Positions 32,936 through 48,216 of a stretch of DNA of 64,000 bases are shown piece after piece. The first letter of the stretch is position 1, and every line of letters begins with the position of its first letter. The DNA lies in NCBI RefSeq assembly GCF_000143415.4, contig NW_003314275.1:1369955-1433954 (forward strand), read 5' to 3'. Origin of the DNA: Selaginella moellendorffii. Taxonomy: Eukaryota; Plantae; Lycopodiophyta. The notes beneath the pieces were generated by a model that was not told the origin of the DNA, did no database searches, and worked only from the letters and a program-made list of their open reading frames with translations. Both the position numbers and the translations under genes were made by a program.

Positions 32936-34325
32936 ATGTATGTGTTGCGGGGTGATGGGGAGGTGGACAGGCGGAGACAGTCGCAAATGCGACTGAGGGG
33001 CATGCTTGGAAGAGGAAGAGAGCCTCTCAAAGGGAACAACAACCTCTATCTCAGGCTAGCAAGGCAAGAAGAAGAAGATCACCCTCCGGAGGAAGAGAGT
33101 TGCCTGGTAGCACTCGATCCGGCGCTGTGGAAGGGCCTGCCGGCGCTGCTGCTGCTCAAGATCCTTGTCGACCATCTCCCCTTGGATCGCCTCTTCCGCC
33201 TTGCCGACGGCGACTGGGAGCTCACCGCCGCCATTCTCGCGCAGCCCTTGAAGCGCGACAAGTATGCGCTGCTGCTCCCGAATCAAAGCCTCGTCTTGCA
33301 CAACTTTGGTGGAGTCGAGGAGAGCTCTGCTTCTACTCCTCGAGATCTGCCGCCCAGGTGGAAGAGGTTCCGAATCAGACTCGATGAGAGGGATGGTCAG
33401 AGCTCGTCGCAGAGGCGCCTCCTCGCCGTGTCTCCGCGCGGGCTGTTGGTTCTCTACTGCACCACAGGTGAAGGCGACGCGGGAAATCGTCACTCCCTGC
33501 TCTGCTACAGCCTAGATCCGGAGCAGCCGCAGCACCAAGCTTCCGTTTTGCTTCCAGCAGAGTATGATCATGACGGCGGTGGCGTCCAAGCTTGCCAAGT
33601 CGTGCATCCCGGCTGCAAGGATGATCAGTGGTGGTATCAGATCGTCATCTTGTATGCGGCAGGGAGCAAAGCTCTGGTTTTTGACTCGCGCTCCCTCTCC
33701 TGGAACACGGTGCGCAAGGCGAGCGCCGCGGAAAGGGACGTCTTTATCACTAGCAGCTGCGAGGCCATCCATCTCCCCACCAAGTCAATCTCGCATGTTG
33801 TGCTGCCTCTGGGGCTCCATTGCCAGCACCCTGAGGCGATCCAGACCCAAGACTCCACCTATTTGTTTCTTGTTGCAGCAATCGGCAAAGCCACAGGTAA
33901 AAAACACTTTTTTTTCTTTTCTGTTCTGATGAAGCTGCCAAATCTCTGCAGCCGACTATCGCTGGGCGAGAACCCCAGCTTTGGATGCTGCAAATGGTGT
34001 GAGCTACACTCTAGTTTTCATATCTTCTTTCTCACAATGTGTATGAGCAGGCATCCATGAGAATTCCCCAGTGGTGCTCGGTGGCTTGAGGATGGATGGG
34101 GAGACTGGAGACTGGGAACTCCTCCCAGGTCCTAGGGACGAAGTGTGCCGAGCTTTGGTGCTGCCGGAGCTGTGGTGCCTGGGAGTCGCGGGTTGCGTGG
34201 GCGTTTTTGTCGACTCCAAGAAGCGCTTGCTCTCGTGCTTGGTCGATCCGTGGAGCTGGTATATCAGCAGCTCCGTCAAGAGCTGGAACCTGGATGGCAA
34301 AATCATCCAGATAGTCTCTCCATGA
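32936..34325 (+). CDS. F-box-like protein, copy B
   Basis: Differs from copy A at only a few residues. Confidence 0.6.
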
Positions 34326-34784
34326 TCTTTTCTATTGTAAAGTGGACCAAGAGCCACAACAGGAATTTTACTCACAGATATAAGTATTTTGTTCCTTCTA
34401 GAAACGATTTGAATTCAAGTACTCCACTTCTTGGTGCTGTGTGCTACACGAAATCTCAAAAGAATTGGTTGTATAATGTGGCCTCGGCCACGAAAACAAA
34501 AACATACCTTGGAAGAAAGTTGGACGAGGCGGCCGTTTCATCGAAAGAGAAGCACCAAAGGAAAACTCACAGCAAATTCTTCGTGTGTAGAATCTTCCCC
34601 AGAGCCCATGAGGCCTGGCGCCGATCCTCTCGTTCGAGTTTTCCAAGTACTCGTTGCTACAGGTAGTAAATCGTCTTGAAGCTGACCTCGAATTGGTCAG
34701 CTCCAAGCAAGATAAGCTCCAGCAGCCCGAGCCCCGAAGCACAGGGACGCCGCTGGCAATTAGCTACGTCGTTGGTGACTTCGT

Positions 34785-35142
34785 GTATTAAAGGCTTTTG
34801 GACAGTTTATAGCGAAGCCCTTGTAATTCTTTCCAAGCTATGAGGAAAACCCTTCCAGAAAAGGTGATGGCCTTTGATTCCAAGAAATCTATTACTACTA
34901 CTATCCGTGACATAGAAAAGCGCACGCCCAGGGATTCGCTCCGGACGGACCGTGAGTCGCTGGAGTGGTAAAATTCGCGAAGGAGTTGCAGGGCAAGATT
35001 TGCATGGATGGATCGATCCCGACGTGAATACCGAGGAGCGGGATTTGTAGGAATGTTCTTGGGCTCAAGGATGTCAAAGGAGAAATCGTGTGAAGGAGAA
35101 ATCCATGGCGCAAAAGGAAAGAACAGATAAAACCTTATTAAA
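34785..35142 (+). pseudogene. Decayed copy of the orphan ORF 16816-17280
   Basis: As for 24900-25262. Confidence 0.85.
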
Positions 35143-35259
35143 AGGAATTAATAAAAGGAACTGCTAGTTTTAGGGCTTTTCGAAACGAATTAAGGGGGGA
35201 AGATAAAAGTGCTCTGTTTTTAGGGTTCTTTGTTTTAAGGTTATCAATCTAAAGAAGAA

Positions 35260-37395
35260 ATGGGGGTTCTTTCTCTGCCTTGCATTGCGTGTGTCGCGTC
35301 TAGGTCACAAGGCACGGCCCTTGCGCCTCACAATCGCGTGGCGGGATGCAGGAAAGAGAGGCGTGGCGCGCTCACTGTCGTCGCTTCGTCTCCGGGAAGT
35401 GATGGACGCTCGGCTCGTCGCGAAATTTCAGCTCGGGAGGGATATTTCAGGCTTTTCTCCAATGTCAACGAAGCTACGTTGAAGCACGAGCCAGGTTTGT
35501 GGACGATTTCTCTGAGAATTTCGTGTTTTCTACATAGCTGCTGTAGGGAGCCTAGTGAGTGCCATTTTTCTCGTCGCGGGGACAACAGTAAGAAATATTG
35601 TCACAGCCTATTCAAGGCTGATTTTTTTTTCTTTTCTGTGATTGGTGTCAAAGATTGGAGCTGGAGTTTTGGCTATTCCTGCCGTAACAGAGGAGTCTGG
35701 GTTCGCAGCATCATCTCTAACTTGCAGCATTTGCTGGCTATACATGGTATGGAAGATTTCCATTATTATTCGACTGGTTGAGTGGAAGATTAGTTCTCAG
35801 GTTGCTACGGGATTGCTAGTAGCAGAAGTTAACGTGAGCACTATGTGTGAACTTGGCTCCGGTGGCGTATCGATTGTAAGCTGTTTTCCAGTTCTAGGAC
35901 ATGTCTGCTGATTGCCGATTGCTTTCAACAGGTTTCCATGGCTGAGAGAACTTTAGGAGCGATTGGAGTTCGGTTTGCCAGGTTTCTATCCTTTAATACG
36001 CACCATTCTTTGAGCTCACCTTGTGTTACTGGCAGCTTGGCATACCTTTTCATTCACTATGCTTTGCTGGTGGCTTATGTGGCTCGATCTGCTGATATCA
36101 TATCAAACGCCAGTGGTGCTCCTCTGTGTGTCACTGTCCGTAACTCTTCTTTTTTCTTGTCTTTGACTCTTGTGCTTGACTGCTACTTTCTTTCAGATGG
36201 GCTAGTGCGCTACTCTTCACTGGAATATTTGGCGGGCTATGCTACAGTGGAAGGTGAAAGAAGCTCGTCATTATAACATTGCTCCAACCCGGTCCCTAAT
36301 TGCAGCCAGCGTATAATCGGGGCGTTTAATGGAGCTTTGGTACTTGGAATAATTGCAAGTTTTATCTCCCTTGTGGTAAGGTCTCATATATGGTATGGTT
36401 TACTAACGCTTATACAAAGACAATTGTGGCATAGGCTGTTTCAACAGGATATATAGAGCCTGAATTACTCCTGCGAGCCAATTTTGCTGCAGTGCCTAGA
36501 AGCGTTCCTGTGATTGCATTGGCATTTGTCTACCAGGTACTGTTTTGTCTTAAACTTGGTTGCTATCATATTTTTACGTGACAGAATGTAGTTCCTGTTA
36601 TTTGTACCAATCTTGAAGGGGACCTCAAAAAGATAAGGTACACGGGGCTTTACTTTCTTATGCATTATAGAACTTAGTTCCTAAGTCTTTAGGACCGCCA
36701 TTGTGGCCGGGACTGCCATTCCCTTGGCAATGTTTATTGTATGGGATGCCGTTATTCTTGGCAGCGTATACCCGGGAGCCGGAAACTCATCTCTTTCAGA
36801 TCCATTGATGCAATTGCGATCACAAAGCGGCATCATAAGCGTACGTTTGTGCTGTTTCTCAATCGTTGTAAATAATTTCGTTTTTGTAACAGCCTCTGGT
36901 GGAAGTATTCTCGCTGCTGGCCATCACGACGTCTTATATCGGTTTTGTGCTTGGTCTGTCGGACTTTGTCGCCGATTGTAAGTGCTGATTGATTTCCTGA
37001 AAGCTTATGGTAGCTTCTTGTTAGTGCTCAAGCTCCCGGGTGGCGGATCCAGAAAACCTTTACCATATGCTGTGACTCTGCTTCCTCCAACAGCACTCGC
37101 GTTACTATCTCCAGACATATTTTTCAAAGCTTTGGATTTTGCTGGTGCCTACGGCGGTAAGCTGTTGGACAAAAACAAGATGCTTCGCCTTATCACTTTT
37201 TTTTCTCTCTTTTTCACCGCAGTGCTAGTCTTGTTTGGTATTTTGCCGGCATCTATGGCCTGGTCACAAAGATACTCGACATCTTCTTTACCCGCTGTTC
37301 CTCCTATGGTTCCTGGAGGTCGTTTGGCACTGGGTGTGATGATAACAGGAGCTGGCTTCATCATTACTACACAGTTTTTGAGCACACTCTCGTGA
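35260..37395 (+). CDS. Tryptophan/tyrosine permease, copy B
   Basis: Near-identical to copy A. Confidence 0.9.
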
Positions 37396-38262
37396 GCAAA
37401 ATGCTTTATGATCGATCAAAGTATCAGGCTTTCCAAGCTCTATCAGATTACTTTACGATAAGTCTATCTTGAGAGTGAGTGTTTGAATTCGATGCAAATT
37501 GCTAGCTGAATAAACTATGACATAAAAACTTTCATTCGAAATTTAGAGTCTTCTTCCTTGCACTGCTGGGATGGAGCGCACTCGTTCATGTCCCGGAAGC
37601 GATGGAGGGGCTCTCCAAATCCTATCGTAATTTTTCAGTTCGCCAAGCTACATTCCCGGTTTGTGGACAATTTTGTAGAAAACTTTCAGATTTTCTTTAT
37701 GGCTGTTGTTTAGTTTAGCCACAGCGGAAGGTATTACTACTGTGGAGCTTGCGGACTGTCAGCTTGGCATACCTTTCACAGTCAGGGGGTATTTGATGGA
37801 ACTTGGAAATAGCTAAAAGTTCTATCGCTCTTGTGGTGAGAAGTTCCGCTATGTATTATTTCACACTTATCGCATGGACTGTTTGAGCAGGATTTGTCAC
37901 TCCTGCGAAGCCAATTGTGCTGCTGCGTCCCTGCGATTGCATTCTACCAGGTAATTTTCATTGTAAGACTCTCATATCCAGGTGCTGGTCATCATACAAT
38001 GAGCTTCTTTTTTCAGTGCTCTCAAGCAAAAGCTTTCTCATATCCCATGACACTCAAGAGCACTCTCTAAATTTATTTTTTTGGGAGCACTGCTGTAAGT
38101 TCTTGTCATGAAAAACCAGATGTTTGTCTCACGATTCTACTCTTTACTACAGTGTTAGTTATTTTGCCTGGGGCACAGTCGGGACCTCTTTGAATTGCTA
38201 AACAACGACCAAAATTTGTTGTGGGCTTGGAAGTATCAGATCTTCATCAAAGCCGAGTTCTC

Positions 38263-40059
38263 TCAAATCAAGAGCTTATTCAAAAATGTCTCAATGTCAG
38301 TAGGCTGGATTTTCCTATTGCTGTTATTCTGCATAAAAGGTAACGAGTCAGATTGCTTATGATCGGTAGTCACAATTGTTACTTACCCTTAGTTTTGCTA
38401 CTAAAGCAGCTCGAAAGCTATTCTCTGTCACTGCCGAGTCTATAGACGTGACCGACAATCCTAAGCTCCACAGGTAGTTGAGCAGCTGAAGCATAACGTC
38501 CTGACGCTGTGGTCTTCTTCTATGTATCCGGATGGCAAAAGTTCCTTCATCGTCGAGAGCATTCACAGACAACTCATCTCGATCGTCACTGGTTGTAAGT
38601 TCTGTCTTGATTGCCCCGATCTCTGCTCCTGGGCCGGCCGTTTCTTCTGTTGTTGCCTTGCTGTTCTCTAACTGTGCTACCCTTCTTTGTAGGTATTGCA
38701 TGTGATCTATTGCTCCTTGCAGCACAGATAACTTATCCTGCGAGCAAAGAATGTAAGAGCTTTCATCGATCTCGGATTGATCTTACTTACCTTCGTTTTG
38801 AATGGGATCAACGACCTCAACCTCGAAATGCTGTCCTTGTGCCTCCTTCTTCTGTTTCGCTCGGCGTCTATGTGTACAGTTCGGGTACGTGCATCTTCTC
38901 CTCCTGACATAGTTTGTGTTGGTCCTTGTGCTAAGCCACGAGCTCGTTTTCTTACTTCTTCTATTTGAGCTAGTGCTAGCAGCATCCTCTTGATCATTGC
39001 CTGCGAGGTAGTGGGAATTGCCATGCTCTTCTGCTGGAGCGGATCCCATTTTCTAAATGCCGTGGCTGAACTAGTGTCGAATTGCGTTCCTAGGCTTGAA
39101 GTTGCTTGATAGATTGTCGTCCAGTCTGACGTCGTGTAACTTTGATGATGCAGGCCAGGGATGTCCAGCGATGCCTCGGAAGGAGATTGTGAGAAAATGG
39201 ATGACGTCGAGGTTGAGGGATGTTCCGTGGATACTGGCAATGCAACAGGAGCAGCATACAGGAATGTTCTTATAGTCTGGAGCAAGGAGTCGGTCTCAAG
39301 AATCTACAAGGTGAACAAGATTAGAAACGACTCTAAGCTTGGATTGTCTTACAGTTTCCGTGGAACCAATTTCCAGGACGCCATCCAGCAGCGGGATGCA
39401 CAGGAGGCTCTGGATGATTGTGGCCTAAAATGCAGGTAAGGAAAGGAAACAAAGCTTGCTTCAGTTTTGTCAAAGTCAAGGACTTACTTGCAGGAAATCT
39501 CTTTGCTCGAGCACTGAGGTGTTCGTGACATTCACGCCTGTGACCCATACGTGCTCGCGTCTGATCGCTGCTATACCGGCATGCCTGAAAGGTGAAAAAA
39601 GCATTCAAACTTCGCGCTGAAAACTCTCAATACCCATGTCCGAATGGAAACTGGCAGGACTTGTAAGCTGTGTAGAACAGCGCTTGCTGGAAACTGGAGC
39701 CTGCTGGCCATAAGCCTTGTTGCCACACGAGATCACTGCAGTCGACGAAAAGCGAGGTATTTGGTTCGTGAATTACTTGATAGTATCAGAAGTGCAAGGC
39801 CTCATTTCATAATATACACAAAGAAGATCATCAACGTGCACTCCAGAAACGAGATAAAGAGATTGGAAATCTCAGCTCTCCCTTCTGGAGAGAAAGGGAT
39901 AGAGAGAGGGAGGAAGAAAAGCTCAAACGAGATACGATTCTCCAAAACTCACCGTTGTGGCAGCGACCAGACGACGATGTAAGACCAGCCAATGTAATTC
40001 ACGAGCGCTGCCAGTCGCTGCTCGGAGACGCTCAGCACGGAGAGAGGGAGGATCATCAT
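38263..40059 (-). CDS. bHLH transcription factor with a MYC N-terminal domain and ACT-like C-terminus, copy B (full length, multi-exon)
   Basis: Exons read EQRLAALVNYIGWSYIVVW, LVWQQG...[53 protein letters not shown]. Confidence 0.85.
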
Positions 40060-40496
40060 CCTGCTCGCTTATCCATCGAAAGTCGAGCAAGTGAACACCC
40101 ACCCTCTCTGGTGGTGTTCAAGTTTGATTGGAAACATAACACTTTCCAAATGGACAGGGCAAAAATAAAGGTAGATCTTAGTCAACACCACGGACATTCT
40201 CGAAAGACAGTTAGCTGTGCAGATCTAGAAAGACTGCTGCCGCGCGAAGAAGTTTTCAAACTTGGGAATATGCATGGGAATATGCCGCATGCTTTAAACA
40301 TCAAAGAGTGAAGAGGACTTGGACAACATGCATGGGAATTCAACAGGTAGACATTTTGGAAACTTTTCTTGTGTCTTCAGGTACTTGAAGAGAGCCATTC
40401 TTCACCGAGTCACCCCAATCTAATGTCAGTGGTTACTTCTTTGAAGATACTGGAGATAGTTCTTGCGACCGCCCAACATTTTTGACTTCGCTGTTA

Positions 40497-40694
40497 ATCT
40501 ACCTTCGAACAAACAGAAAAATTCAAGCCCTGAGCTCCACATTTCAGCTGGGACAGGACCACGAGCTCAAACTCAGCAATAGTCAAACTCAACTATCATC
40601 TATCTTCGAACAAACAGAAAAATTCAAGCCCTGAGCTCCACATTTCAGCTGGGACAGGACCACGAGCTCAAACTCAGCAATAGTCAAACTCAAC

Positions 40695-40702
<8 letters not shown>
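40497..40702. repeat. Two-copy tandem repeat of ~103 bp
   Basis: cttcgaacaaacagaaaaattcaagccc...caaactcaactatcatct occurs twice. Confidence 0.93.
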
Positions 40703-40759
<57 letters not shown>

Positions 40760-40780
40760 TCTCCCTCCCCCCCCCACCCC
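40700..40780. repeat. (CT)n microsatellite followed by a C-run
   Basis: Directly visible. Confidence 0.95.
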
Positions 40781-40999
40781 ATATTTCCGATCTCAAACAT
40801 AAAATCTCAGCCATCAACTGCAGGATAAAAAAGAAAATAAAAATTATAAATCTAGAATCTAAACTGGACTTCCATTGACTATTGAGCTCAACTCAACTCA
40901 TGAGTTGAGCTCAATTTCTTGGGACAAGCTAATCACACTTCTGATTCTAGCAACTTCAGTTTGATAAGGTGGACCCTGAGCTTTTGATTTAACCGTCAC

Positions 41000-42450
41000 T
41001 CACTTCCATAGCTTTCTCAAAGATGTGTTCTTCTTGGTCTCCTTCTTCATCACTTTGGCCACTGCCATGTTGAAGTATTCCTGGGTGACGTGAACGCGCC
41101 TCTCTCGCAGAGCAAACATTCCAGCCTCCTTGCAGCACAGATAACTTATCCTGCGAGCAAAGAATGTAAGAGCTTTCATCGATCTCGGATTGATCTTACT
41201 TACCTTCGTTTTGAATGGGATCAACGACCTCAACCTCGAAATGCTGTCTCCGTCTTCGGTTTCGCTCGGCGTCTATGTGTATAGTTCAGGTACGTGCATC
41301 TTCTCCTCCTGACGTAGTTTGTGTTGGTCCTTGTGCTAAACCACGAGCTCGTTTTCTTACTTCTTCTATTTGAGCTAGTGCTCGCAGCACCCTCTTGATC
41401 ATTGCCTGCAAGGTAGTGGGAATTGCCATGCTCTTCTGTTGGAGCGGATCCCATTTTCTAAATGCCGAGGCTGAACTAGAGTCGGATTGCTCTCCTGCTA
41501 CAAGAGTTCCTAGGCTTGAAGTTGCTTGATAGATTGTCGTCCAGTCTGATGTCATGTAACTTTGATGATGCAGGCCAGGGATGTCCAGCGATGCCTCGGA
41601 AGGAGATTGTGAGAAAATGGATGACGTCGAGGTTGACGGATGTTCCGTTGGTACTGGCAATGAAACAGGAGCAGCATACAGGAATGTTCTTATAGTCTGG
41701 AGCAAGGAGTCGATCTCAAGAATCTACATGGAACAACTCTAAGCTTGGATTGTCTTACAGTGTCCGTGGAACCAATTTCCAGGACGCCATCCAGCAGCGG
41801 GATGCACAGGAGGCTCTGGATGATTGTAGCCTAAATGCAGGTAAGGAAACAAAGCTTGCTTCAGTTTTGTCAAAGTCAAGGACTTACTTGCAGGAAATCT
41901 CTTTGCTCAAACACTGAGGTGTTCGTGACATCCACGCCTGTGACCCATACGTGCTCGCGTCTGATCACTGCTATACCAGCATGCCTGAAAGGTGAAAAAA
42001 GCCTTCTTTTATTCAAACTTCGCGCTGAAAACTCTCAATACCCATGTCCGAATGGAAACTGGCAGGACTTGTAAGCTGTGTAGAACAGCGTTTGCTGGAA
42101 ACTGGACCCTGCCGGCCATAGTTGCCACACGAGAGCACTGCAGTCGACGAAAAACCGGGGTATTTATTACTTGATAGTATCAAGAGCACCCATGCAAGGC
42201 CTCATTTCATAATATACACAAAGAAGATCATCATCGTGCTCTCCAGAAACGAGGATAAGAGATTGGAAATCTCAGCTCTCCCTTCTGGAGAGAAATAGAT
42301 AGAGAGAGGGAGGAAACGAGATACAATTCTCCAAAACTCACCGTTGTGGCAGCGACCAGACGACGACGTAAGACCAGCCAATGTAATTCACGAGCGCTGC
42401 CAGTTGCTGCTCGGAGACGCTCAGCACGGAGAGAGAGAGGATCGTCATCC
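41000..42450 (-). pseudogene. bHLH copy C (stop and deletion in the basic region) fused to a duplicated RPT6 last exon
   Basis: 41130-42450 matches bHLH copy B, with TGA after GEDART. 41000-41129 encodes [29 protein letters not shown]. Confidence 0.88.
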
Positions 42451-42991
42451 TGCTCGCTCGCTCGTTCACTGATCCATCAAAAATCGAGAGAGTGAATAGG
42501 CTCTCCGGTGATGTTCAAGTTCGAATGGAAATATAAAAATTTTCAGATGGAAAGGGCAGAAAGACCCAGATCTGAATCAACACCACGGACATTCTCGAGA
42601 CAATTTGCTTTGCAGATCTAGAAATTCTGCTGCCGCGCGAAGAAGTTTTCAAACGTTAGAATATGCATGGGAATATGCCGCATGTTTTAAATATTAGGTC
42701 CTTTGAAGATACTGCCGACATTTTTTACTCCCAACTGTAATTAGAGCATCATTTGTGTCTTGTAATCTGTCTTTGACCAAACAAAACATTTTTACTAAAA
42801 GTCAATGGGAGGCAAAAAAAATCAATTACAAAGTCAATATAGTGAATGAAAGTCCTCGAAAACTGACTACCATCGACTTCAAGGATTGACTTTTGAGCTC
42901 AAGAGTTGAGCTCAGTTTTTTGGTCTATTAAACTAATCATTCCGTCCAAACGTATAAAGAGCTCCATTTTAGTAAGAGATTTTGATTTAAC

Positions 42992-44610
<1,619 letters not shown>

Positions 44611-44691
44611 TCCTTGAAAACCCTAGCCTCGAGAGAGCACAAATAAAATACTATAGTACCTCGATTTAGGGTTCTAGAGCTCTGCTGCGCG
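44611..44691. promoter_or_regulatory. 81-bp bidirectional promoter with opposed telo-box-like motifs
   Basis: ATGs at 44610 (-) and 44692 (+). aaaccctag at ~44618 and ttagggtt at ~44666. Confidence 0.7.
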
Positions 44692-47600
44692 ATGGGTGAG
44701 TGGAAGCGCCATTCTCATGAATGCCGCCAGATTACGAGCTCGATCTTTCTGCAGGTGAGAAGAATCGGCCCAGCAAGAAGCAAAAGCGCGGCAAGGTATG
44801 GCAAAGGCGCCATCGATATCGCGCGATGAAATTTTCGTTTCTTGCTCTCTAGGAACCGGAGTCCTCGGCTCCCCCCCAAATTCCTGCCGATGACGACATG
44901 GAAGAAGACATCGTCGAGGTCTATGAGGAAGAGGATGAAGGTTCGTCTCTCTACACTTCTTTTTTTCTTTCTAGTTCTTTCTAAGGATGGGATTTGTTGT
45001 GTATGTAGTCGACGAGCATGAAACCGCGGGGAAAATGGATTTTAGCAAGCTCGAGCTAAAGCCAGACCACGAGAAGAGACCACTCTGGGTTGGACCTGAT
45101 GGCCATATCTTTCTCGAGACGTTTTCTCCGCTATACAAGCAAGCATACGACTTTCTCATTGCCATTGCCGAGCCTGTGTGTCGGTAAGCGTCAGGTCTCG
45201 CTGATATGAGAAGTTGTTACACTCAAGTATTTTTCTTTGAAACGTTGTTCCAGGCCAGAACATATGCACGAGTACAATCTCACGCCACATTCTTTGTACG
45301 CGGCTGTCTCCGTTGGTCTTGAGACTCAGACAGTCATTACGGTGCTGGAACGGCTGTCGAAAGCAAGGCTCCCGCAGGAGATTGTGAATTTCATCAAAGA
45401 GTCGACTCTCAACTATGGCAAAGTAAAACTAGTTCTGCAGAAGAATCGTTATTTTGTAGAATCTTCTTATCCGGAGGTATGGTGCAACTTTGATTGGTGA
45501 AACTTACTTTCTGTCGTGCAGATTCTGGAGAGGGTTTTAAAGGACGATGTCATCTCTCGAGCCAGAATTTTTTCGGAGGCATGTGAAAGTTTTTCTTTCA
45601 AATCCTGTCTAGCTTTCTCACGGCAAAATCTTCTAGGCAAGTGCGGAGCACGGTTTTACGGTCAACAAGTCGTTGTCCAATGCTACCACAGAACAAGACT
45701 TGCTTGCCGGGGATGAAGTTGCTGCTGGAGAAGAGAAGGATGTGATGTCTTTTGAAATTGATCCTGCTCAAGTAACTATTCTTGTATTGGTTAAGTCGGT
45801 TTGGCTCACACAGGAACTTGTCAGGTAGAACATGTGAAGCAGAGGTGCCTGCCAAGTGCTTTAAACTATCCGATGCTCGAGGAATACGACTTTAGAAACG
45901 ATTCGGTAATGTCTTTTGTGCACAATATTTTTTTATCTGTTTTTCGTGTTTTCCTTATCATGCAGGTCAATCCTGACTTAAGCATTGAATTGAAACCTCA
46001 AGCTCAACCTCGACCTTATCAAGAAAAGAGCTTGAGCAAAATGTTTGGAAATGGTGTGTATAACAACCACGTTTTGCAAGTTTTTGAGTACTGACCTGTA
46101 CTCCAGGACGTGCGAGGTCTGGAATTATCGTATTACCTTGTGGAGCTGGTAAATCCTTAGTGGGAGTTTCAGCCGCCTGCCGCATTCGCAAAAGCTGCCT
46201 TTGCTTAGCCACCAATGCAGTGTCGGTCGACCAGTGGGCCTTTCAGTTTAAACTCTGGTCTACTATCCGTGACGATCAGATTTCTCGTTTCACATCAGAC
46301 AGTAAAGACAAGTTCAAATCAAACGTCGGTGTCGTTGTGACCACCTACAACATGGTTGCTTTCAAAGGCAAACGATCAGAAGAATCCGAAAAAGTCATTG
46401 AATTGATAAAAAGCCGCGAGTGGGGCTTACTTCTTATGGATGAGGTAATACGACTATCTTCAAAATAGTACTACTGACCGTCTTTTTTCCTTGTAGGTGC
46501 ATGTTGTGCCTGCTCATATGTTTCGTAAAGTTATTAGTATCACCAAGTCTCACTGCAAACTTGGACTCACTGGTAAGCAGCTATTAAATATACGGCTGGG
46601 ACTTACACACCCTGTGAGTTTCTTGCAGCCACACTTGTCAGAGAAGACGAACGTATTACCGATCTGAATTTTCTAATTGGTCCAAAGCTGTACGAGGCGA
46701 ACTGGCTGGATCTTGTGAAAGGCGGCTACATTGCCAATGTTCAATGTGCTGAAGTCTGGTGCCCAATGACTAAAGAATTTTACGCCGAATACCTGAAGAA
46801 GGAGAACAGAAAGCAACAGGTAAATTCCTACTTATTCATTTCCGTAATATTTACCACCGCTTGACGTTCCTGTGCAGGCATTATACGTAATGAACCCCAA
46901 TAAATTTCGGGCTTGTGAGTTTCTCATCCGTTTTCACGAACAACAGCGAGGAGACAAGATTATTGTCTTTTCTGATAATCTTTTCGCCCTGAGAGAGTAT
47001 GCCACAAAATTGAAAAGGCCTTTCATTTACGGTCCGACCAGGTAAAAGAGACTTCTTAGACATTTGGCGTTGAAACTTTGTTTGTTGCAGCCACCATGAA
47101 AGAACAAAGATATTGTACGCTTTTAAACACAGTCCCGATGTCAACACAGTTTTCTTGTCAAAGGTATTTGTGTCAAAGGTACTTTTCTCATGTCTTATTC
47201 TTGTGCACCTGCTTCTCTCAGGTCGGTGACAATTCCATTGATATACCCGAGGCAAATGTTATCATCCAAATCTCTTCACATGCTGGTTCCCGGCGTCAAG
47301 AAGCACAACGACTCGGTCGAATATTGAGAGCAAAGGTTCTTAAGAGTTTCTATGGAGACCAAGAGAGACACTAATTAGAGATCCTCTGATTCCAGGGAAA
47401 ACCCAAAGATCGTGTAAAAGGTGGCACCGAGGAATTCAATGCCTTCTTCTACTCGCTGGTCTCCACGGACACTCAGGTTCTTTGCTGGCCAAATAAGAGT
47501 ATCACTTCACTTCATTTAAATCTTTCATTGTGTAGGAAATGTATTACTCTTCCAAGCGGCAGCAGTTTTTGATCGATCAGGGATACAGTTTCAAGGTTAG

Positions 47601-48077
47601 GAGCTGGAACGAGCTTCTTTTTCTTTTTCCGTTCTAAAAACTCTACTTCTCCAGGTTCTTACGAGCTTGCCGCCGGCTGACAGCGGCGCGGACCTGAGCT
47701 TTCACAGGCTGGAAGATCAACTGGACTTGCTGTCCAAGGTATTTCAATCTCTATTCTCGATTTCTGGAAGATTTAGATGGCGTCCAGGTTCTCAATGCCG
47801 GCGAGGACGCTGCTGGTGTCGAGCAGCTAGAACACGACGCTGATGATATCACAAACTTAAGAGCTCGCCGGATCGCTGGCTCGATGAGTGCTCTCTCGGG
47901 TGGCAAAGGGCGATCTTACATGGAATTTAGGTACTCTTTTCTTCTCTACGTTTTTTCCTGATCGATGATCTTTGTGAATTTCGATTCTTTAGTATTGGCG
48001 GACGAGGACGGGGCCAACAAGCGAAGCCACGCGATCCAAACAAGCGGCATAATCTATTCAAGAACAGATATAGATAG
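44692..48077 (+). CDS. XPB: TFIIH DNA helicase/translocase XPB, multi-exon
   Basis: [80 protein letters not shown]. Confidence 0.97.
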
Positions 48078-48216
48078 ATAGAGGCCATTCATTTGAGACT
48101 ATACAAAAATTTGTAAACAATGGATAGTAGAACTGATAGAGACCATTTGAGACTATACAAAGATTTGTAGACAATATGATAGCGCCACGTGTCTGTCGTG
48201 AGGGTTTACGGCACAA

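Larger units (their letters stand above)
32100..39695 (+). repeat. Tandem segmental duplication, copy B
   Basis: Near-identical to 22175-29830. Confidence 0.97.
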
